A stretch of 64,000 nt of DNA, taken from the NCBI GenBank assembly GCA_021771115.1, contig JAETPP010000001.1, positions 12,746 to 76,745 of the forward strand. Direction: 5' to 3'. This DNA comes from Bacillota bacterium. Its GTDB lineage: Bacteria; Bacillota; Clostridia; Oscillospirales; Acutalibacteraceae. Every line of letters starts with the position of its first letter. Position 1 is the first letter of the stretch. Shown piece after piece: positions 31,222-40,200 of the stretch. Both the position numbers and the translations under genes were made by a program. The notes beneath the pieces were generated by a model that searched no databases, was not told the DNA's origin, and saw only the letters and a list, made by a program, of their open reading frames with translations.

Positions 31222-32055
31222 ATGGCCTTACTGCATTTTAATTTTGAAAGCGAATATTTGGGGAACAACACGGAGATCTCCGTGATCCTGCCGGATAAGC
31301 CCCGGGGCCTTACCCCGGCCGAATTTTACGGCAGCGGGAAAAAATACAAGGTGCTCTGGCTGCTTCACGGCACCTTCGGCGACCATACGGACTGGATCCG
31401 GAAAAGCAACATCGAGCTGTACGCCTGTGAAAAGGATCTGGTTGTCGTCATGCCTAGCGGCCTGAACTCGAATTATGTAAACTGGCCCTCCTTCGCCACC
31501 GGCTACAACGCCTGGGACTATCTGTTTGAAGAGCTGATGCCGCTGATCTACGGCTGGTTCCCGGTTTCCAGCCGCCGGGAGGATAATTTCATTGCCGGGC
31601 TTTCCATGGGCGGAGGCGGCGCCATGCAGTACGCTGCGGGACACCCGGAAAAGTTTGCCGCTGCGGCGATCCTTTCCTCCGCCCCCTCCAACCTGCATGA
31701 ATTGGATCTGAACGCCTCCAGCGGCATGCCTGCCTTTGACCGGCGCCAGAAAAACGCTGTGGAAAATTTCGGCGGCATGGAAGGATACTTGAATTCTCCC
31801 GTCAATGTGTGGGACCGTCTGCCGGCGCTCATCCAGTCCGGCACGCTGCCCCGGCTCTATTTCTGTTGCGGCAAAAATGATTTTCTCTATGACCGCTACC
31901 AGAAATTCAAGGACTATGCCCGGGAAATCGGCCTGCCTGCCACCTTTGAGGAGGCGGAGGGCTACACCCACGAATGGCGGTTCTGGGATCTGTTCATCCA
32001 AAAGGCCCTCACATTCTTCGGGCTGGGAGAAAGTGGGCAGGGAAATCCGTTCTAA
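31222..32055 (+). CDS. Alpha/beta-hydrolase esterase (paralog)
   Basis: WLLHG, GLSMGG, CGKND, HEWRFW. Confidence 0.9.
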   Translation: MALLHFNFESEYLGNNTEISVILPDKPRGLTPAEFYGSGKKYKVLWLLHGTFGDHTDWIRKSNIELYACEKDLVVVMPSGLNSNYVNWPSFATGYNAWDYLFEELMPLIYGWFPVSSRREDNFIAGLSMGGGGAMQYAAGHPEKFAAAAILSSAPSNLHELDLNASSGMPAFDRRQKNAVENFGGMEGYLNSPVNVWDRLPALIQSGTLPRLYFCCGKNDFLYDRYQKFKDYAREIGLPATFEEAEGYTHEWRFWDLFIQKALTFFGLGESGQGNPF

Positions 32056-32090
32056 AACAAAAAGCATCTGCTTTCTGACAAACAAAACCA

Positions 32091-32124
32091 CGGGACAGCC
32101 GGTTTTCCGGCTGTCCCGCTTTTT
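32091..32124 (+). terminator. Intrinsic terminator
   Basis: CGGGACAGCCGG-TTTT-CCGGCTGTCCCGCTTTTT. Confidence 0.8.
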
Positions 32125-32223
32125 GTCTGAATTCTCATTTTTTCGGAAATTTCAGATTTTTCTTTTCTTTTTTCTCGAAAAGCGGTATACTGGATTCAAC
32201 TTTTTATTTTGCCGGGGGTATTT

Positions 32224-33027
32224 ATGGAAAAAGAAAAGAAGCAGCGGCTTGTGATCAAGGTGGGCACCTCCACCCTCACCCACAGCTCCGGCAGCCTGGA
32301 CCTGCGGGGGATGGAGCGGCTGGTGCGGGTGCTTTCCGATCTCAGCGGCAGCGGGTACGAGGTGATTCTAGTGACCTCCGGCGCCATCGCCGTGGGAACA
32401 GCCCGGCTGGGACTCAGGGAACGCCCCCGGGAGCTGCGGTTCAAGCAAGCCGCGGCGGCGGTGGGCCAGTGCCGCATGATGCACCTTTACGACAAGCTCT
32501 TTTCGGAATACAACCGCTCCATGGCCCAGATCCTGCTGACCGGAGAGGATGTGGAGGAACCGAAGCGGAGAGAGCACCTGCAAAGCACCTTTTCCGCTCT
32601 TTTGGAGCTGGGAGTGATCCCCGTGGTAAACGAAAACGACTCCGTTTCCTCCGCCGAGATTGAAACCGGCCAACACAAGGTGCTGGGAGATAACGACACC
32701 CTCTCCGCCATGGTAGCCGCCCTTTGCGGGGCTGACCTTCTGGTACTGCTCAGTGATATCGACGGCCTTTACAGCGCCGATCCCCGGCAGCACCCGGAAG
32801 CCACACTGCTCCACCGCGTATCGGAGCTGACCCCCGACATTCTGGAAATGGCCGGGGGCGCGGGGACCTGGCGGGGCACCGGCGGCATGGCTACCAAGCT
32901 TTCCGCGGCCCGCATCGCCATGGAGGCAGGCTGTGATATGGTCATCACGAACGGATCGCGTATGGAAGACCTGTACGGCATTGTAAACGGAGAAGAGATC
33001 GGCACCCGTTTTTCGAAAAAGAAGTAA
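32224..33027 (+). CDS. proB: Glutamate 5-kinase (no PUA domain)
   Basis: VIKVGTS, VNENDSV, GDNDTLSA, GTGGMATK. Confidence 0.95.
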   Translation: MEKEKKQRLVIKVGTSTLTHSSGSLDLRGMERLVRVLSDLSGSGYEVILVTSGAIAVGTARLGLRERPRELRFKQAAAAVGQCRMMHLYDKLFSEYNRSMAQILLTGEDVEEPKRREHLQSTFSALLELGVIPVVNENDSVSSAEIETGQHKVLGDNDTLSAMVAALCGADLLVLLSDIDGLYSADPRQHPEATLLHRVSELTPDILEMAGGAGTWRGTGGMATKLSAARIAMEAGCDMVITNGSRMEDLYGIVNGEEIGTRFSKKK

Positions 33028-33055
33028 CTCTATTCCGAAGGAAAGGAGCCCTTTT

Positions 33056-34306
33056 ATGAACGCCTTACACGCACAGGGCGCGGCGGCAAAGGCCGCCTCC
33101 CGCCTTCTGGCCCTTGCCGGAACGGAGAAAAAGAACCGGGCGCTGGAAACCATTGCCCGGCTTTTGACCGACCGGCAGGAGGAGTGGCTTGCCGCCAACG
33201 CCGAAGATGTTGCCGCGGCCAGGGCCGCCGGCATGAGCGCCTCCCTGTTAGACCGCCTGACGCTGACGCCGGAGCGCGTTTCCGGCATTGTTTCCGCCTT
33301 GCGGGAGGTTGCCGCCTTGCCGGACCCGATCGGTAAAACAGACCATATGGAAACAAGGCCCAACGGCCTGATCATCGGGCGGCGCAGAGTTCCTTTAGGA
33401 GTGATCGGCATCATTTATGAGGCAAGGCCCAATGTCACGGTGGACGCGGCGGCCCTCTGCCTGAAATCCGGCAACGCCTGTATTCTGCGGGGCGGCAGTG
33501 AGGCCATTCACAGCAACCGCGCCGTGGTTTCCCTGATCCGGGAGGCGCTGGAAGCCTCCGGGCTGCCCGCAGACTGCGTTTCCCTGGTACAGGACACCGG
33601 CCGGGAAACCGCTGTGGAGCTGATGCACCTGGAGGAATTTCTCGATGTGCTGATCCCCAGAGGCGGCGCGGGGCTGATCCGTGCCGTGGCAAAGGAGGCA
33701 AGCGTTCCCGTGATCCGCACAGGAGAAGGCGTTTGCCATGTTTATATCGACAAGGACGCCGACCTGGAAATGGGCGCTGAGATCCTTTATAACGCCAAGT
33801 GTTCCCGGCCTTCGGTGTGCAACGCGGCGGAGTGTGTGCTGATCCACAGGGAAGTCGCGGAAAGCTTTCTTCGGAAGACTCTTCCCCTGCTCGATAAAAA
33901 AGCGGTAGAGCTTCGCTGCGACCCGGCGGCGCTGGCTCTTTTACAGGAGCGCGGGGTCCCCGCCTCGGAAAGCGACTGGGACGCGGAATACGGCGACCAG
34001 ATCCTGGCGGTCCGCCTGGTGGACAGCATGGAGGAGGCCATTCAGTTTATCCATGAGCACGGCACAGGCCATTCCGAATGTATTGTGACAAACAGTTATG
34101 CCTCCGCTCAGCATTTTCTGGACGCGGTGGATGCGGCGGCAGTCTATGTAAACGCCTCCACCCGCTTTACCGATGGCGGAGAATTCGGCCTGGGCGCGGA
34201 GATCGGTATTTCCACGCAAAAAATGCACGCCCGGGGCCCCATGGGGCTGGAGGAGCTGACCTCCTGGAAGTATGTGGTTTACGGACAGGGGCAGGTCAGA
34301 GAGTAG
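33056..34306 (+). CDS. proA: Gamma-glutamyl phosphate reductase
   Basis: IIYEARPNVT, VCNAAE, NASTRFTDGGEFGLGAEIGISTQK. Confidence 0.96.
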   Translation: MNALHAQGAAAKAASRLLALAGTEKKNRALETIARLLTDRQEEWLAANAEDVAAARAAGMSASLLDRLTLTPERVSGIVSALREVAALPDPIGKTDHMETRPNGLIIGRRRVPLGVIGIIYEARPNVTVDAAALCLKSGNACILRGGSEAIHSNRAVVSLIREALEASGLPADCVSLVQDTGRETAVELMHLEEFLDVLIPRGGAGLIRAVAKEASVPVIRTGEGVCHVYIDKDADLEMGAEILYNAKCSRPSVCNAAECVLIHREVAESFLRKTLPLLDKKAVELRCDPAALALLQERGVPASESDWDAEYGDQILAVRLVDSMEEAIQFIHEHGTGHSECIVTNSYASAQHFLDAVDAAAVYVNASTRFTDGGEFGLGAEIGISTQKMHARGPMGLEELTSWKYVVYGQGQVRE

Positions 34307-34352
34307 GTATTTGATGTTACAGTAAGGCCAGGAACTTTTCGGCGCAGTGGGC

Positions 34353-34484
34353 TAAATTGGAATTTAGCGGCGAGCAAATGTAGGGACCGCCGTCCCCGGC
34401 GGTCCGCCGAAGCTTGCAGTATTTCTGCGGCCCGCCGAGGACGTCGGGCCCTACAACGAATCGCTTCTGCTAACAACTAAACTA
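34353..34484. mobile_element. Intact GTAG-type REP doublet (REPIN) with conserved flanks
   Basis: REP 34380-34407 and inverted REP 34427-34454, the latter the exact reverse complement of 23191-23218. Confidence 0.88.
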
Positions 34485-34532
34485 TGATTTGTCGTTTTTA
34501 TCGGAGCTTATTTTTAGAAAAGAGGGTTCACT

Positions 34533-35354
34533 ATGTGGGAAGGTTGTAAAATAGACAGTGTAAAACTGGGATTTCTGGGCGTTGGGAATATGGGCGGAGC
34601 GCTGGCAAGGGCGGCTGTGAAGGTTGTTGCGCCGGATCGCGTTTTGCTGAGCAACCGCACTTTCCAAAAGGCGGAGGCTTTGGCGGAGGAGCTGCATGCC
34701 GTGGCTTCCGACAACCTCACCATTGCCAAAACGGCGGACTATCTGTTTTTGGGGGTAAAGCCCCAAATGATGGCGGAGCTGCTGGGGGAAATTGCCCCGG
34801 TGCTCAGCGCCAGGCAGGACCGCTTTCTGCTGGTTTCCATGGCGGCGGGCTTATCGATCTCCCGCATTCAGGAGCTAATGGGCGGAGACTATCCTGTGAT
34901 CCGCATTATGCCCAACACGCCTGTTTCCATTGGCGAGGGAATGATCTTATACGCCTGCGGCCAGTCTGTGGAGCAGGAGGAGCTTCATACCTTCCGGGAG
35001 ATCCTGGCGGAGGCCGGGCTGCTCTCTCCCCTGGCGGAATCGCTGATGGCAGCGGGCGGCGCTGTGGCCGGGTGCGGCCCCGCCTTTGTGGATCTCTTCT
35101 TGGAGGCGCTGGCAGACGGCGGCGTGGCCTGCGGCCTTTCCCGGAAGCAGGCGCTGGAATTTGCCGCCCAGATGACAGTGGGCTCCGCCCGCCTGCTGCT
35201 GGAAACAGGAGAGCATCCCGGCGCTTTGAAGGACGCTGTCTGCTCTCCTGCCGGTTCCACGATTCAAGGGGTACGAAAGCTGGAGGAAGCGGGCTTCCGG
35301 GGCGCGGTGATGAACGCCGTGATCGCGGCCGAGGAGGCCAGCCGGGGACGCTAA
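34533..35354 (+). CDS. proC: Pyrroline-5-carboxylate reductase
   Basis: GFLGVGNMG, VKPQ, RIMPNTP, VCSPAGST. Confidence 0.94.
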   Translation: MWEGCKIDSVKLGFLGVGNMGGALARAAVKVVAPDRVLLSNRTFQKAEALAEELHAVASDNLTIAKTADYLFLGVKPQMMAELLGEIAPVLSARQDRFLLVSMAAGLSISRIQELMGGDYPVIRIMPNTPVSIGEGMILYACGQSVEQEELHTFREILAEAGLLSPLAESLMAAGGAVAGCGPAFVDLFLEALADGGVACGLSRKQALEFAAQMTVGSARLLLETGEHPGALKDAVCSPAGSTIQGVRKLEEAGFRGAVMNAVIAAEEASRGR

Positions 35355-35382
35355 AGCAGGGTTCCTTTCCCACTGAAGCTAC

Positions 35383-35422
35383 AAAAAGGTCAAGGGCAAA
35401 AAGCATGCCCTTGACCTTTTTT
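35383..35422. terminator. Bidirectional terminator between proC and eda
   Basis: AAAAAGGTCAAGGGCA-AAAAGCA-TGCCCTTGACCTTTTT. Confidence 0.8.
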
Positions 35423-35432
35423 GATATCTGAC

Positions 35433-36074
35433 CTAACCTCTGGCCTCTTTTACCAGCCTGCGAGATTCCTTGCACAGGCAGGTGATCTCTTCCCAGCTCT
35501 GCGCTTCGATCAGGCGCTCCGTTACCATGTAGGAGCCGCCGCAGGCGATGATCACCGGGCAGGAAAGGTATTCCTTCAAATTTTGAAGGGAGATCCCTCC
35601 TGTGGGCATCACGCGGAACATGGAAAAGGGGGCGCTCATGGCTTTGATCTTTTGGAGACCGCCGGATTGCTCCGCCGGGAAAAATTTCAGCACCTCAAGG
35701 CCGTATTTCAAGGCCGCGTGATAATCGGTAGGCGTGGTGCAGCCGGGATAGACCGGCACGCCTTTTTTTTGGCAGTACGCCACCAGGCCGCCGTCAAAGC
35801 CGGGGGTCACGATAAATTCCGCGCCGGCGCTGAGGGCCGCGTCCACCTGGGCTTCGGTAAGCACAGTTCCCGCCCCCACCAGCATTTGAGGACAGGCCTC
35901 TTTCATCAAACGAATGGCCTGCTCTGCTCCGGCGGCCCGGAAGGTGACCTCCGCCACGGGAACATCTCCGGCGCAAAGGGCTTTTGCAAGGGGTGCTGCG
36001 TCCCGTTCCGGGTGGTTCAGCTTGATCACCGGCACAATTCCGATCTCTTCAATTTTTTGATCCACTGCGTTCAT
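35433..36074 (-). CDS. eda: KHG/KDPG aldolase
   Basis: EVTFR, VGAGTV, LKFFPA, MPTGGI. Confidence 0.94.
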   Translation of the reverse strand: MNAVDQKIEEIGIVPVIKLNHPERDAAPLAKALCAGDVPVAEVTFRAAGAEQAIRLMKEACPQMLVGAGTVLTEAQVDAALSAGAEFIVTPGFDGGLVAYCQKKGVPVYPGCTTPTDYHAALKYGLEVLKFFPAEQSGGLQKIKAMSAPFSMFRVMPTGGISLQNLKEYLSCPVIIACGGSYMVTERLIEAQSWEEITCLCKESRRLVKEARG

Positions 36075-36184
36075 TTTGTATTCTCCTTATAGCCAGATGG
36101 CGTGGATTTGAACCCGCTGAAAAGTGGCAGTTTACTGCCACAAGCGATATATTGCCGCTTTTCAGTTTATCGTCCTAGTTGGGC

Positions 36185-37036
36185 TTATACTCCGGAATAG
36201 GCGGAAAAGCCGCCGTCGATGGGCAGCACCACACCGGTGATAAAGCCCGCCGCCTTTTCGTTCAGCAGGAACAGAAGGCCGCCCTCCAGCTCCTCCGCTT
36301 CTCCGAACCGGCCCATGGGCGTGGCGGCCAGGATCTTTCCTGTGCGCGCTGTGGGAGAGCCGTCCTCCTTCCAGAGCAGCTTTGCGTTCTGCTTCGTGGA
36401 AAAAAAGCCGGGTGCAATGGCATTGACCCGAATTCCCGCCTTGGAGAAATGCACGGCCAGCCACTGGGTAAAATTGGAAATTGCCGCTTTTGCCCCGGAA
36501 TAGGCAGGGATCTTCGTCAGAGGGGTATAGGCGTTCATGGAAGAAATATTGAGGATGCTGCATCCGCTTCTTCCCAGCATCTGCCGGGCAAAGGCCTGGG
36601 TGGGAAGAAGCGTACCCAGAAAATTCAGGTCAAACACAAAGCCCACGCCCTCGGCCTCCAAGTCAAAAAAGCTTTTGGTTTCCCCATCCAGATCACCCGG
36701 CTCGTAATACTCTTTGTCGGTGGTGGCCCTGGGATTGTTGCCCCCCGCGCCGTTTATCAGGATATCGCAGGGGCCAAGTTGGGCCATGACCTGTTCTGCG
36801 GCGGCAAGGCATTCCTCCTTTTTCAGCACATTGCAGGCATAGGCCTTTGCAATGCCGCCCTCAGCGCGGATCTCCGCCGCCACAGCTTCCGCCGCTTCCG
36901 CGTTCAGATCCAGCAGGGCCACCTTCGCCCCGGCCCGGGAGAGCACCCTGGAAAAATGGCTGCAAAGCACGCCGCCCGCCCCGGTGACTACCGCAACCTT
37001 GCCGCTGAGATCGGTGTTTAATACATTTTGCTTCAT
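36185..37036 (-). CDS. uxuB: SDR-type D-mannonate oxidoreductase (fructuronate reductase)
   Basis: TGAGGVLC, NGAGGN, YSGAK, PLTKIPAY; uxa/uxu context. Confidence 0.82.
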   Translation of the reverse strand: MKQNVLNTDLSGKVAVVTGAGGVLCSHFSRVLSRAGAKVALLDLNAEAAEAVAAEIRAEGGIAKAYACNVLKKEECLAAAEQVMAQLGPCDILINGAGGNNPRATTDKEYYEPGDLDGETKSFFDLEAEGVGFVFDLNFLGTLLPTQAFARQMLGRSGCSILNISSMNAYTPLTKIPAYSGAKAAISNFTQWLAVHFSKAGIRVNAIAPGFFSTKQNAKLLWKEDGSPTARTGKILAATPMGRFGEAEELEGGLLFLLNEKAAGFITGVVLPIDGGFSAYSGV

Positions 37037-37112
37037 CTTTAAGGTTCCTTCCCTTTTACAACATTACATTGCATTTTTGATGTAATCGACTTACTAAATC
37101 TCATAATGAGAG

Positions 37113-37669
37113 TCACTCATTTTCTTTATAAAAGCAATCCAAGGCCCATTTTAGGGGATTTTCATCAATGTACTTCCATATTTTCTGATATTCCTTTTCG
37201 TTGCGAATAACACGGTCATGAAAAGAGCGCTGAAACAAATTTCCGCCTTTTCCGCACAAACGAGTAGTAAGTGACTTATACGCACCTATGACATTTGACA
37301 CTGTAGGGGAGGGTGAGCACGCTCCGGTGGAGCGTTGACGCGAACCGACCGAGTCGACAGACGAGACTTTGCTCCTCCCGTTTTTTTCTCTATTTTAAGA
37401 ATTAAATGAATATGATTTGACATGATGACATATTTGTCAACTGTTATAGAGGAAAAGCGTTGTTCCAAAAGTGGTATTTGCTCTTCCGCAACCTTTCCAT
37501 ATTGAGTTAGTATGTTTACGGGAGGAGCAAGCCCCTCCCCTACGATATGTGATAGTATGCACTGCTTTTCGTGAGTGCATATCGTTATAAAATACGCGCC
37601 CGGCTGGCCATAGTCGTATTTTTGAAGCCGTGCTGATTTTCTCTTTATCAAAGCTGTTTGCTTTTCCAT
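37113..37669 (-). pseudogene. REP-associated tyrosine transposase (RAYT, IS200-like Y1 HUH) frameshifted by a 53-bp insertion
   Basis: RL..YDY..PGAYFITICT, IMSNHIHLI (HUH), FQRSFHDRVIRN...YIDENPLKW; split over two ORFs. Confidence 0.9.
37314..37366. mobile_element. 53-bp CTCCGGTGGAG hairpin micro-element inserted in a REP
   Basis: Removal restores both the REP and the reading frame; homolog at 23246-23296. Confidence 0.8.
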
Positions 37670-37670
37670 T

Positions 37671-38717
37671 CTATGCCTTCTCGCAGGCTTCAAATAGGCC
37701 GTTCAGATAGGCAGCGCCCAGGGCGCGGTCAAAAAGGCCGTAGCCGGGCTTTCCGGTTTCACCCCAGATCATTCTGCCGTGATCCGGGCGAACATAGCCG
37801 TCATAACCCTCATCGGCAAGGGCCTTTACGATCTCATACAGATCCAGGCTGCCGCAGGAGGAAAGGTGGGCCCGCTCTTCAAAGGAGCCGTCCTCTAAAA
37901 TTTTGACATTTCGGACATGCATAAAGGCGATCCGGCCCATCCGGGCGTATTTTCTCACCATGGCCGGAATATCGTTGCTCTTCGCGCAGCCCAAACTTCC
38001 CGTGCAGAAGCAAAGGCAGTTGCTGGAGCTGTCCGCAAGGGAAAGGAAGCGGTCCAGGTTTTCCTCGCAGGTGATGATCCGGGGCAGGCCGAAAATGGGA
38101 TAGGGCGGGTCGTCCGGGTGGATGGCCATTTTCACGCCACATTCCTCCGCCACCGGGATCACCGCCTTTAAAAACCGCTCCAGGTTTTTCCAAAGCCCTT
38201 CTTCCCCCAGTTTCCCATAGGCCGTGATCAGCTCCCGCACCTGCTCCTGGGTGTAGCTTGCGTCCCAGCCGGGAAGATGGATGTCGTCGTGAAGAGGGTC
38301 AAGCCCCTTTAACTGTTCCCAATACATCACAAGGCTGGTAGAGCCATCGGCGGCTTTTTTATCCAGCTGGGTGCGGGTCCAATCGAACACGGGCATGAAA
38401 TTATAGGTAATGCATTTCACGCCGTATTTGGCGCAGCGGCGAATATTTTCGCAATAATTTGCGAGCAGTGCCTCCACCTCTCCCCTGCCGAGCTTGATAT
38501 CCTCGTGGACGGGAATGGATTCCACCACATCGAACACAAGGCCGTGCTTTTCGCAGGCCCCCTTGATCTGTGCAAGGCTTTCCTCCGGCCACACCTCTCC
38601 GGGCTTTACCTCATACACGGCGGAAACGATGGAGCGCATGCCGGGGATCTGCGAAATGTATTCCAGAGAAACGGGATCGTCCGCGCCATACCAGCGAAAA
38701 GAAAGCTTTTCTTTCAC
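37671..38717 (-). CDS. uxuA: Mannonate dehydratase
   Basis: FRWYG, VVESIPVHEDIK, YNFMPVFDWTRT, IHPDDPP, RPDHG. Confidence 0.96.
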   Translation of the reverse strand: MKEKLSFRWYGADDPVSLEYISQIPGMRSIVSAVYEVKPGEVWPEESLAQIKGACEKHGLVFDVVESIPVHEDIKLGRGEVEALLANYCENIRRCAKYGVKCITYNFMPVFDWTRTQLDKKAADGSTSLVMYWEQLKGLDPLHDDIHLPGWDASYTQEQVRELITAYGKLGEEGLWKNLERFLKAVIPVAEECGVKMAIHPDDPPYPIFGLPRIITCEENLDRFLSLADSSSNCLCFCTGSLGCAKSNDIPAMVRKYARMGRIAFMHVRNVKILEDGSFEERAHLSSCGSLDLYEIVKALADEGYDGYVRPDHGRMIWGETGKPGYGLFDRALGAAYLNGLFEACEKA

Positions 38718-40132
38718 AGTTTCCCCTCCAAACCAAAATAACGGGCCGCGTTGTAATAGCAAATATCCTGCACCAGAGCGCCCAGCATGGGAATATCATT
38801 CGGACATTCCCCGCTTTCCACCCAGCCGCCGATCAGGCCGCAGAGGATCCGGCGGAAATACTCGTGGCGGGCATAGCTCAAAAAGCTTCTGGAATCCGTG
38901 AGCATGCCGATGAAATTTCCCAGAAGCCCTACGCTTGCAAGGCTTACCAAATGCTCGGTGATCCCCTGCTTGGTATCGTTATACCACCAGGCACAGCCGT
39001 GCTGGAGCTTCCCGGGGATTCTGCCGTCCTGGAAAGAGCCGATCAGGGCGTCTAAAAAGGTGTTGTCTCCCCCATCCAGGCTGTAAAGCACGGTGCGGGG
39101 CTGGCAGCCCTTTTCGTACATGGCATTGAGCAGATCTTTCAGCGCTTCACTGCCGTTGTGGGGGCCGATGCAGTCGAACCCGGTATCCGGGCCCACCTGC
39201 CGGAACATGGCGGAATTCGGGTTTCTCATGCAGTTATAGTGGATCTGCATGACCCAGCCCCGCTTGGTATATTCTTCGGCGCAGAACAGCAGCAGCGCCG
39301 TTTTTACCGCCCACAGCTCCGTTTCCGTGAGCTCTTCTCCCTGAAGGCGCTTCCTGACGGCGGCGTCCACCGCGGAACGCTCCATTGACACGAAGCACAC
39401 ACGGTCAAGCCCATGGTCGCTGGCGCGGCAGCCGCAGGCGTCAAACCGGTCCATTCTGCGGCGCAGGGCCTCTTCTAAAGAAGCGAGATCTGTGATTTCC
39501 ACCCCCGCCGCCTCAGACAGCAGCCGGAGATAGTCCCGCCACCCATCCTTTTCCAGCTGGAGAGCCTTATCCGGCCGGAAGGACGGAGCGACAAGGGTTT
39601 TCATGGAAGGATCGTTTTGCAGCTTTTCGTGATATTCCAGGGAATCGGCAGGGTCGTCTGTGGTGCCGATGAAGGCCACATTGCTCTGCCGGATCAGCCC
39701 CCGAACGCTTAAATTTTCCTGATGCAGCTGCTTTTCACAAAGGTCCCACACCTCCTGGGCGGTTTCTCCGGAAAGCGTCCCCTGATAGCCGAAATAATTT
39801 TTTAGCTCCAAATGGCACCAGTGGTACATGGGGTTGCCGATAGCCTTGGGCAGAAGCTCCGCAAATTTCTGAAATTTTTCCCGGTCCGGCGCGTTCCCCG
39901 TGACATACTCCTCGCTGACGCCGTTTGCCCGCATCAGCCGCCATTTGTAGTGGTCGCCGGAAAGCCACTCCTGGGCAATGTTCTCAAAGCCCTTGTTTTC
40001 CCAGATCTCTTTGGGGCTCACGTGGCAGTGGTAATCCACAATGGGCATCCCCGCTGCGTATTCATGATAAAGCTTTTTTGCCGCCGGGGTAGACAGCAAA
40101 AAATCTTCTCCTAAAAAACGATCCATCTTCAC
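38714..40132 (-). CDS. uxaC: Uronate isomerase
   Basis: IVDYHCH, GDHYKWRLMR, TTDDP, GMLTDSRSFLSYARHEYFRR. Confidence 0.96.
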   Translation of the reverse strand: MKMDRFLGEDFLLSTPAAKKLYHEYAAGMPIVDYHCHVSPKEIWENKGFENIAQEWLSGDHYKWRLMRANGVSEEYVTGNAPDREKFQKFAELLPKAIGNPMYHWCHLELKNYFGYQGTLSGETAQEVWDLCEKQLHQENLSVRGLIRQSNVAFIGTTDDPADSLEYHEKLQNDPSMKTLVAPSFRPDKALQLEKDGWRDYLRLLSEAAGVEITDLASLEEALRRRMDRFDACGCRASDHGLDRVCFVSMERSAVDAAVRKRLQGEELTETELWAVKTALLLFCAEEYTKRGWVMQIHYNCMRNPNSAMFRQVGPDTGFDCIGPHNGSEALKDLLNAMYEKGCQPRTVLYSLDGGDNTFLDALIGSFQDGRIPGKLQHGCAWWYNDTKQGITEHLVSLASVGLLGNFIGMLTDSRSFLSYARHEYFRRILCGLIGGWVESGECPNDIPMLGALVQDICYYNAARYFGLEGKL

Positions 40133-40200
40133 ATGCTCCTTCCCTTTGCTACTATGATTGTACTATACCGTCACCGCTTCTGCAAGCCGGAAACGCTTTT

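Noticed and set aside
37286-37301. Programmed ribosomal frameshift joining the two RAYT ORFs
   Set aside because: The frame change is fully explained by the 53-bp insertion, and no slippery site is evident at the junction.
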